A DNA stretch of 30,561 nt, taken from positions 1-30,561 of the IMG/VR virus record IMGVR_UViG_3300033562_001150; one strand, 5' to 3'. Position 1 is the first letter of the stretch. Every line of letters starts with the position of its first letter. The DNA is from a virus. Its lineage: Duplodnaviria > Caudoviricetes. The position numbers and the translations under genes were made by a program. Of the stretch, positions 23,805-30,561 are shown piece by piece. The notes under the pieces were generated by a model. It worked only from the letters and a program-made list of their open reading frames with translations. It was not told the DNA's origin and searched no databases.

Positions 23805-24691
23805 AATATATTCTAGGAGCTGGAATAGCTGGTCTTATTTATGGATTTTATAATCCAGAATATTATTTGATTTCACCTGAAGTGGGTGGTCAAATGAAAA
23901 GTAATTTTAATTTAGGTCCCAGATATTTACATGATACTCAAATATCTAGAAAATTTTTGAATGATATAGGTTATCCAATTCACAGATCTTCAATTAGAGT
24001 TTCTTACATTGATGATAATGGTTGGGTTAAAAATCCTGACTTAGAGTTTAGACAGAAATATTATATGAAGTCTAGAAAAATTAACTCTTTAGAAGGATTT
24101 GATTCAAGCGTTATGAATTCTAACAAAAATGAATTTGATATTCTTCTTGTAAATTTTGATGAAATAATCAAAAGATTGCAGTCATCAATTGGTACAGATA
24201 GATTCTTGAATGAAACTGTTAGTGGTGTTAACAGAAAGACAAAAATGATTGACACACTAAATAGAAATGTCAGATATAGAGAATACAATCATATTGTTTC
24301 TACAATTCCTGTGAGATATTTAAACAACATGTTGAATCCAATAATGAGTGATCTTCCATTTGAAAGTTATGATATGACCTATGTTTTCACAGATGAGTTT
24401 CAAGATATGGACGGATATGATTATGTTTATGATATAAGATCTTCTACTCCATGGCATAGAATGACTAAAGAAAGATATGGATTGGTTTTAGATTTTTTTG
24501 GTGCAATAGAAAACAATAGTCAAGAATTTGATTCAATTAGAAATGTGATTAGAGATTCTAAAGTATTGAGGAATGCTCAAATAATTTCAAGAGATGATGT
24601 GAAAGATCTTGAGGACATTAAATTTATTGGCAGATATGGAACATGGAATAGATCTTGGAAAACTGAAAAAGTGATAGAAGAATCAATATGA
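23801..24691 (+). CDS. Second Glf/UGM-like FAD-dependent oxidoreductase (short form)
   Basis: ILGAGIAG, VGGQ, GPRYLH, IVSTIP, PWHRMT, FIGRYGTW. Confidence 0.8.
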   Translation: MKYILGAGIAGLIYGFYNPEYYLISPEVGGQMKSNFNLGPRYLHDTQISRKFLNDIGYPIHRSSIRVSYIDDNGWVKNPDLEFRQKYYMKSRKINSLEGFDSSVMNSNKNEFDILLVNFDEIIKRLQSSIGTDRFLNETVSGVNRKTKMIDTLNRNVRYREYNHIVSTIPVRYLNNMLNPIMSDLPFESYDMTYVFTDEFQDMDGYDYVYDIRSSTPWHRMTKERYGLVLDFFGAIENNSQEFDSIRNVIRDSKVLRNAQIISRDDVKDLEDIKFIGRYGTWNRSWKTEKVIEESI

Positions 24692-24894
24692 GTCAAGAGA
24701 TTGTAATATGTCACTACTGTAAGGGTTCTGGGAAAGGGTTACATAATGAAGGAATCTGCACCCACTGTGAAGGATCCGGAAGACTGATAAAAATTGTAAG
24801 ATATGAAAAATATCATGGTGTTGTAGATGAGGCGATAGAATTATTATCTAATAAAAAAGAAATGACTTGGCCGGGAATGGCAATTGGTAGTTAG
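24688..24894 (+). CDS. DnaJ-like CxxCxGxG zinc-finger protein (paralog of 18121-18456)
   Basis: CHYCKGSG and CTHCEGSGRL. Confidence 0.7.
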   Translation: MSQEIVICHYCKGSGKGLHNEGICTHCEGSGRLIKIVRYEKYHGVVDEAIELLSNKKEMTWPGMAIGS

Positions 24895-24909
24895 GAGCAT
24901 AATTAGAGC

Positions 24910-25653
24910 ATGGATAATAAAATGACATTTGAAGAATTTCTAAAAACATTAGATATAAGTGGTGAGAACTATTTAGTAGAATCTGGAACTCCCCAAAAAT
25001 TAAGACATTACACAGATATAAAAGGATTAAGAAATATATTAAGAGCTGGTTTTTTAAGACCCCAACCTTATTATTTTGATAATAAAAACAAAAACAGTAT
25101 TTCTGTAACTAGACCTACAAATCATACTGAGATCGACTTTAATGACAGGACATATTGTGGATATTTCGAAATTGATTTTCACATTTTAAATGATAAAATA
25201 AAAAATATAACTAAGTCTCCAATAAATGAAATAGGAATAGAATATAGACTTAAACTAGAAAAATTAGCTCAAAAATATCATCCGGTTCCCAAAGAAGATC
25301 TAATCAAGATTTGCAATGAATTGTGGGAAAAAGAATGTCAGACAGAAAAATTCATGAATATTTTAAAAGAAAAATATCTTATTCAAATGGAATTTGAAGA
25401 TGCAGAGAATTTCATGAGATATTATTATAATTTAATAACATCTCTTTACTACAGAGAATCAGAAGAAAGAATATATGGAAATGATATTCCATTAAATGCT
25501 AAGTATATAAAATTCATTATATATAATTCTTTCTTTGAAATATGTGATACTTTAAACAAACATGAACAATCTTTATTATATGAGAATATTTGTTCTTATA
25601 AAGAGCTGTTTTATCCCAAATTTAGTGAAATAAAAACATATTTTGAATCATGA
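24910..25653 (+). CDS. ADP-ribosyltransferase-fold-like protein, probable internal head protein
   Basis: LRHYT...LRNIL..GFL, SISVTR, YFEID, RESEERI (H-S-ExE pattern); leader MTFEEFL...YLVE. Confidence 0.6.
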   Translation: MDNKMTFEEFLKTLDISGENYLVESGTPQKLRHYTDIKGLRNILRAGFLRPQPYYFDNKNKNSISVTRPTNHTEIDFNDRTYCGYFEIDFHILNDKIKNITKSPINEIGIEYRLKLEKLAQKYHPVPKEDLIKICNELWEKECQTEKFMNILKEKYLIQMEFEDAENFMRYYYNLITSLYYRESEERIYGNDIPLNAKYIKFIIYNSFFEICDTLNKHEQSLLYENICSYKELFYPKFSEIKTYFES

Positions 25654-25662
25654 GGAAAATCA

Positions 25663-26607
25663 ATGGATAATAAAATTTGGAATGATCAATTAGAATTCAA
25701 TAAGAAGTTTTTCAATGATATGTCTCTTGATGTTTCCAATTTAAGTGTGGAAGATAAAATAAAATGGTCAAAAGAATTTATTCTTCATGTAGAGCAAGAA
25801 CTTCATGATTTAATTGATTGTCTTCCACACTGGAAGATGCATTATAAAAACAATGAACATGATAAGACATTGATAAAATCGAATATGAAAGAAGAATATA
25901 TTGATGCTCTCAAGTATATGATGGGTTTGGGTCATGTTTTAGATATTTCATATAAAGATGTTGTTAATGTCTATGAAGCAAAAACTGAAGTTGTAAAACA
26001 AAAATATGAACAAAATAGACAGATAGAAAATCTAAGAAATGAAGAAGTAGTTGTTTTTGATATCGACGGAGTCATAAACAATTATCCAGATTGTTTTGTT
26101 GACTGGGTAAATATAAATAAAAAAACTTCATTTAAATCTTTAGGAAATATAAAGTGTCAAATGAACATTGAAGAATATGAAAAAACAAAAGAAGAATATA
26201 GACTATCTGGAGACAAAAGATTCCAGCCTATAAATGTTGATACAGTAGAAACTATAACTAAATTAAAATCACTGAGATATAAGATAGTATTGTATACTGT
26301 GAGACCGGTTAACACATACAAGAGAATATATTCAGACACATTACAATGGTTAAATACAAACAATATAAGATTTGATTCCATATATTGGTCTGATTATAGT
26401 AAAGAAGATTTTTACAAACTTGGACTGAAGATTAAGTTTGTAGTAGATGACACACTCAGCAACGTTGTACTGTTTTCAAAGGAAGGAATCAAAACCTACT
26501 TACTAGATAAAGATTATAATAAATCTGATAAAGATGAAGGTTATATTAGGATACAGAAAGTATCGGATATCTTGAAAATAGAAGATGAACGAAGGAGTAT
26601 GTCATGA
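25663..26607 (+). CDS. All-alpha dNTP pyrophosphatase fused to a HAD (5'-nucleotidase-like) phosphatase
   Basis: QELHDL....HWKMH...EEYIDALKY; then VFDIDGVI, YTVRP, FVVDD, YN. Confidence 0.85.
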   Translation: MDNKIWNDQLEFNKKFFNDMSLDVSNLSVEDKIKWSKEFILHVEQELHDLIDCLPHWKMHYKNNEHDKTLIKSNMKEEYIDALKYMMGLGHVLDISYKDVVNVYEAKTEVVKQKYEQNRQIENLRNEEVVVFDIDGVINNYPDCFVDWVNINKKTSFKSLGNIKCQMNIEEYEKTKEEYRLSGDKRFQPINVDTVETITKLKSLRYKIVLYTVRPVNTYKRIYSDTLQWLNTNNIRFDSIYWSDYSKEDFYKLGLKIKFVVDDTLSNVVLFSKEGIKTYLLDKDYNKSDKDEGYIRIQKVSDILKIEDERRSMS

Positions 26608-27485
26608 GTAAAGTATGGTTATCTGGAGAGAGTAGTCTTATAGGCAGAAATTTTACAGATTTCTGCAATTTGACCAATAGACACGTCTTTGTCAATTCAT
26701 TGGAAAATGATGAATATGATTATTGGAGAAAGACTAATCTCAGTAAAATCAATGAAATTGATGTATTTGATCCAACTCTTGAGACAATCATATCTAGATC
26801 TGGTGCGGAGATAATTGTTCACACAGTAGAACTAACAGAATCAAAGCGTTCTGATGTAGTTATAAAGACCAATATTATGGGTACGTACTATATGTGTGAA
26901 ATTGCTAAAAATCTAAATATCCCATTGATATATATTTCTTCTCAAGACTGCTATAAGCAATCAGAAGATCTACTGAATGAAAAAACAGAAATTGAGAACA
27001 ATTCTATCTATAGCTATAGTAAAAATTCTGCAGAGTCACTCATAAAAATGTATCTAGATAAATACACGATTATAGTTCCGGGATATTTGTATGGTCCAAA
27101 AGATAATAGTAGCTTTATACACGGATTAATATCATCTCATCTAGGGAAAGTAGAAGAAGTTGAAATGAACATCAATCCAGAATTAGAAAAATCATTTTTG
27201 TATATTGATGATTTTATTTCTGCACTAGATGAAATAATCAGAAATAATGAAATGTATAATAAGTCTAAGCTGAATGTAAATGGATCTCACAATACATTTA
27301 GTAACGTGATTGAAATGTTACAAGAGCAGGGACTTTCTCCAGAATATGATTTTAATGATAGACATGATGTAATTGGAACTAGAAAATTAAAATCAAGTAA
27401 AATAAATACCTGGAAGCCAATAGTTTCTCTTGAGAAGGGAATTGAAAAAACAGTTGACTGGGCTATGTCATTAGACAATAGATAA
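26604..27485 (+). CDS. Extended SDR (NAD-dependent epimerase/dehydratase)-like protein 1, atypical Rossmann loop
   Basis: WLSGESSLIG, TNIMGT, YISS, YSYSK, LYGP, FLYIDD, SLEKGIEKT. Confidence 0.8.
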   Translation: MSKVWLSGESSLIGRNFTDFCNLTNRHVFVNSLENDEYDYWRKTNLSKINEIDVFDPTLETIISRSGAEIIVHTVELTESKRSDVVIKTNIMGTYYMCEIAKNLNIPLIYISSQDCYKQSEDLLNEKTEIENNSIYSYSKNSAESLIKMYLDKYTIIVPGYLYGPKDNSSFIHGLISSHLGKVEEVEMNINPELEKSFLYIDDFISALDEIIRNNEMYNKSKLNVNGSHNTFSNVIEMLQEQGLSPEYDFNDRHDVIGTRKLKSSKINTWKPIVSLEKGIEKTVDWAMSLDNR

Positions 27486-27487
27486 TT

Positions 27488-27880
27488 ATGAAACAAATAG
27501 AAATAATAGAAAAATGGAATTCATTAATTTCTCAATTTGATATAGAAGAATCTAAAAAGATGGAACTCTCTAAACTTGTAGAGTCTATAATAGAGATGAA
27601 TAGCTTAAAAGATTCTAAATTCTTAATATCGGCTGCTATTAAATTAATAACAAATACAGATATCATTATAAAACCAATGAAAAAATCTTATAAGAGAGAA
27701 AAACTCTTTGATCTAGAAGAAGAAACATTATATGATAATGGTCAAATAATGACTGATGGTGCTATATTTGCTATGGACAGAATTATATCTGAAATACTTA
27801 AACTCTCTTCTGATAAGAAAATAATATCTATAGAAATGGTTAGAGACTCTGGATTGATTACATTTAATTTAATTTATTGA
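27488..27880 (+). CDS. Hypothetical protein, weakly like the N-terminus of T4 gp23-type capsid proteins
   Basis: IIEKWNSLI...KKMELSKLVE...IIIKPM. Confidence 0.55.
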   Translation: MKQIEIIEKWNSLISQFDIEESKKMELSKLVESIIEMNSLKDSKFLISAAIKLITNTDIIIKPMKKSYKREKLFDLEEETLYDNGQIMTDGAIFAMDRIISEILKLSSDKKIISIEMVRDSGLITFNLIY

Positions 27881-27889
27881 GCATATATT
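27881..27889 (+). promoter_or_regulatory. GCATAWWTA-like motif copy (GCATATATT)
   Basis: Intergenic, 28 nt before GTG 27909. Confidence 0.5.
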
Positions 27890-27908
27890 AATAGCAAGGA
27901 GAATTAGA

Positions 27909-28826
27909 GTGAAAAATATTAGGATCTGGTCAACTGGCGAGAGCAGTTTCGTAACTAGAAACTATGTTAAATGGTCCAATGAACATAACAGTCACGAAAT
28001 TGTAAATCGACTTGGTGAGTCTAAGTATGATAAGCATAGAACCTATAACTGTGGATATAAGGGATATCAGAATGAAATTGATATTTTTAATCCTGCTCTT
28101 CTAGATTTGGTTTCAGAATCTGGAGCAAAAATGATCTTCCACAACGCAGCAATTGTGGGAACTGACTATTGCACTGCAAATCCTGAATTAGCGATTAAAA
28201 CAAATATTGATGGAACATTTATTGTTTCTCAGGTCGCTAAAAAATTAAATATTCCATTAGTGTTCGTATCAACAAGTGTGTGTTATAACCCATCTCCAAA
28301 GATATTAAGAGAAGATGATCCTTTAAATCCACAAACAATATATGGATACACAAAACTCTCTGGTGAGCAAATGCTCAAAGTGTGGATGAAAAAAAATTAT
28401 ATATCAATAGTTCCTGCGATGTTATTTGGTGCATTTGATTTACATAGCGCTTCAAATAAGCTCATTATGTCTGGTCTTGGAAAATTGAAAGGAACTCAAG
28501 ATATTCTTTTAAATCCACAATTATATAAGCCATTTATGTATGTTGATAATTACATGGATGGAGTAGATTGTATTATAAATAATTTCGCAGATTTAGATAC
28601 TCAAAGAATAAATATAGCACCCAAAGATGCCAGACCCTTTGGATATGTAATAGACTATGTTACAAAAACAATGGATCTTAAACCAGATTTTAAACTCTAT
28701 CCAGAAAAAGATTATTTAGGAACTCATGTTTTAGATAGTACTAAACTACTCAAATATGGATGGAAACAAAAAATAAGTCTTGAACAAGGTCTAGAAAAAG
28801 TGAAAGAGATGATAGAGAATGAATAA
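27909..28826 (+). CDS. Extended SDR (NAD-dependent epimerase/dehydratase)-like protein 2, atypical Rossmann loop
   Basis: WSTGESSFVT, FHNAA, TNIDGT, FVST, YGYTK, FMYVDN, SLEQGL. Confidence 0.85.
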   Translation: MKNIRIWSTGESSFVTRNYVKWSNEHNSHEIVNRLGESKYDKHRTYNCGYKGYQNEIDIFNPALLDLVSESGAKMIFHNAAIVGTDYCTANPELAIKTNIDGTFIVSQVAKKLNIPLVFVSTSVCYNPSPKILREDDPLNPQTIYGYTKLSGEQMLKVWMKKNYISIVPAMLFGAFDLHSASNKLIMSGLGKLKGTQDILLNPQLYKPFMYVDNYMDGVDCIINNFADLDTQRINIAPKDARPFGYVIDYVTKTMDLKPDFKLYPEKDYLGTHVLDSTKLLKYGWKQKISLEQGLEKVKEMIENE

Positions 28827-29376
28827 AGAAAATTTAATATTAACTCTAGAAACACTGTTGATACAGTCTTTAAATCAAAGAGAAATAGTTAGAAGAAATA
28901 GAAAAATGCTTGAAACAAATAATTCTAAAATTAAAATAGATCGTGATATATTCGATTCTATCAGTGAATACAGACAAGAAGAATATGATCAATATTTAGA
29001 AATGATTACTCCACAAATCACAAGATTTAAAAAATATTTTGATCTTGATAAGTTTAGTAGAAGGCTGTTGATTCAATTTCCAGCAAATTGGTATGAAGAC
29101 AAAGGTCTAGATTATATGCCTTGTCCGGAAAGTTTTATGGTTCAGTTTGTAGATGAAGAAAATTATATTGTTCTATGTAATTTCAGATCTTCTGAGATTA
29201 ATAGAATTCCAGAAGATTTATCTATAATCAAAACATTCTGTCTGAAAGAACTTGGGTTAGATGAATATAATTTATTATCTATAAGCGCAAACTTCATGAA
29301 TGCTCATAAGTATTTAGATGGTGGATCTAGTGAAGACTTCACAGCAAAAACATATTTTGAAACCAATAGAATATAG
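28819..29376 (+). CDS. Minimal thymidylate synthase (ThyA)-fold protein, dCMP hydroxymethylase-like specificity
   Basis: SRR, MPC (nucleophile), QF, RSSE, PED (Asp at the Asn177-equivalent site), AHKY; only 185 aa. Confidence 0.75.
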   Translation: MNKENLILTLETLLIQSLNQREIVRRNRKMLETNNSKIKIDRDIFDSISEYRQEEYDQYLEMITPQITRFKKYFDLDKFSRRLLIQFPANWYEDKGLDYMPCPESFMVQFVDEENYIVLCNFRSSEINRIPEDLSIIKTFCLKELGLDEYNLLSISANFMNAHKYLDGGSSEDFTAKTYFETNRI

Positions 29377-29533
29377 AAAAGATGCGGATGAAGCTGAGTT
29401 TCAGCATTCTTTATTTTGGGCTAAAATGGAGATAGAAAATGAGCGACGCAACAAGATGTCCAAAGTGTCATTGGGTTTATTGGACAAGCTATTCGGAAAA
29501 CTGGGGAACTTGTCCAAAATGTGGTACGAATAA
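29318..29533 (+). CDS. Possible hypothetical protein overlapping both neighbours
   Basis: ORF only; overlaps of 59 and 95 nt. Confidence 0.35.
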   Translation: MVDLVKTSQQKHILKPIEYRKDADEAEFQHSLFWAKMEIENERRNKMSKVSLGLLDKLFGKLGNLSKMWYE

Positions 29534-29633
29534 TGACTTCAACAAAGAAGTAGAATCTCCAATGTTAGTTGATTCTAGCCATATATTTACTTATTTAGAT
29601 ACAAAAGAATTGAAAAACAAATGGGAACAATAG
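29439..29633 (+). CDS. Small zinc-ribbon protein
   Basis: CPKC...CPKCG; GGAG SD. Confidence 0.65.
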   Translation: MSDATRCPKCHWVYWTSYSENWGTCPKCGTNNDFNKEVESPMLVDSSHIFTYLDTKELKNKWEQ

Positions 29634-29803
29634 TTTATTCAGAGGGATCATTAATGAAATGTCCCAAGTGTAAACAAAAATTCTTTTCTTTAAAAGTAAT
29701 TTTAGGGTATGGTGAAATCTGTGAAGATTGTTATAACAATCTTGGTAGTGCGGAATTTTTTAATGACTATAAGAAAGCATTGAGGGAATTAAATGAAATA
29801 TAA
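29621..29803 (+). CDS. Small zinc-finger protein
   Basis: CPKC...ICEDCY. Confidence 0.6.
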   Translation: MGTIVYSEGSLMKCPKCKQKFFSLKVILGYGEICEDCYNNLGSAEFFNDYKKALRELNEI

Positions 29804-30320
29804 AGCAAATGTAGTAAACATTCTTGGTGCTCCTGGTGTTGGAAAATCTACATTTACTGCAAAGTTATTTGCAGAAATGAAAATTAGAGGTATAAATGTA
29901 GAAGTTTGTACTGAATTTATAAAAGACAAAATATGGGAAGAGCATAAGATGGTCTTATCAAATCAGCTTTATATTTTTGCAAGTCAATATTTCAAACTTT
30001 GCTGTGTAGCAGATAAAGCTGACATCGTAATAAGTGATGGAGCTTTAATAACAGAACCAATCTATAATGACTATGAAGAACCCATGAAATCACATTTAAA
30101 TCTTTTGGTTCATGATGTAGAAACTCATTTTAATAATCATTATTATTTTATCCAACATTCTGAAAATGAATATAAAGATTTTGGAAGACTTCATTCAAGA
30201 GAAGAAAGTAGAGAAAAAGAAAATATGTTGATCAATTTTCTGAATGAAAATAATGTTTCTTTCGGAATAATACCCAACAATGATCTAGGAATAAATACTA
30301 TATTGGAAGATCTCATATAA
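29793..30320 (+). CDS. NadR/Ttd14-type (AAA_28) P-loop kinase/ATPase
   Basis: ILGAPGVGKST, EFIKD..WE, QLYIFASQ, VISD, GRLHS.EES. Confidence 0.85.
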   Translation: MKYKANVVNILGAPGVGKSTFTAKLFAEMKIRGINVEVCTEFIKDKIWEEHKMVLSNQLYIFASQYFKLCCVADKADIVISDGALITEPIYNDYEEPMKSHLNLLVHDVETHFNNHYYFIQHSENEYKDFGRLHSREESREKENMLINFLNENNVSFGIIPNNDLGINTILEDLI

Positions 30321-30335
30321 AAATTTTTGTTGCAT

Positions 30336-30344
30336 GCATATATA
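30336..30344 (+). promoter_or_regulatory. GCATAWWTA motif copy (GCATATATA)
   Basis: Intergenic, 28 nt before ATG 30364. Confidence 0.55.
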
Positions 30345-30363
30345 TTGAATAGAGGAGCAAAAA

Positions 30364-30561
30364 ATGAATAATCGTTATCGTATAATCTGCTTTGAAGGTG
30401 GAGAGTGTGTAGGTAAGAGTTCACTTAAGAAAGAAGTAGAGATAAAAACGAATTTTAGGCATCTTTGTATTGACAGAATGTTTATTACATCAATAGTTTA
30501 TAATACTTATAAAAATCGTCATTCTGATTTAACGAAATCATTATATGAAGATTTAGATACA
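30364..30561 (+). CDS. Thymidylate/dNMP kinase-like protein (partial, runs off the window; not in the ORF track)
   Basis: IICFEGGECVGKSS...CIDRMFITSIVY (EGxxxxGKS plus DR...S..Y); SD GAGGAG. Confidence 0.8.
   Translation, partial: MNNRYRIICFEGGECVGKSSLKKEVEIKTNFRHLCIDRMFITSIVYNTYKNRHSDLTKSLYEDLDT

Noticed and set aside
1359-30424. All minus-strand ORFs in the track (for example 1359-1565, 4493-4711, 8221-8469, 13918-14244, 19744-20016, 30191-30424)
   Set aside because: They are short antisense shadows of well-supported + strand genes, with Ile/Phe/Ser-rich composition and no recognisable motifs.
1-30561. Alternative genetic code (TAG or TGA recoding), as in some large phages
   Set aside because: Recognisable genes are full-length under code 11 with high coding density; TAA, TGA and TAG all occur as stops next to downstream starts.
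1-30561. tRNA, rRNA or CRISPR array
   Set aside because: No intergenic gap longer than about 65 nt and no regularly spaced direct repeats seen.

Overview
AT-rich, gene-dense segment transcribed entirely on the + strand (code 11, strong AGGAG Shine-Dalgarno sites). It is most consistent with a large or jumbo T4-like tailed phage; the host cannot be determined from this window. (1) Replication module: a primase and a gp41/DnaB helicase fractured inside its Walker A motif by an atypically split intein (27-aa IntN, 137-aa IntC), with a free-standing NUMOD3/PD-(D/E)xK homing endonuclease gene between the halves. (2) A phage sigma factor (region 2) and a recurring GCATAWWTA motif upstream of about 10 genes. 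(3) A dispersed pyrimidine/sugar-nucleotide enzyme set with altered catalytic motifs: a minimal cytosine-type ThyA-fold protein, a divergent ThyX, two UDP-galactopyranose-mutase-like flavoproteins, two atypical SDR epimerases, two all-alpha dNTP pyrophosphatases (one fused to a HAD domain), dCMP deaminase, PRPP synthetase and P-loop/dNMP kinases. This is a candidate undescribed DNA base hypermodification pathway. (4) An 8-member paralogous small Cys-rich family, a membrane PAS/GAF sensor with no output domain, a radical-SAM/SPASM protein lacking CxxxCxxC, and probable virion-packaged nucleotidyltransferase and ADP-ribosyltransferase-like proteins. All assignments are by-eye motif recognition; no searches were run.
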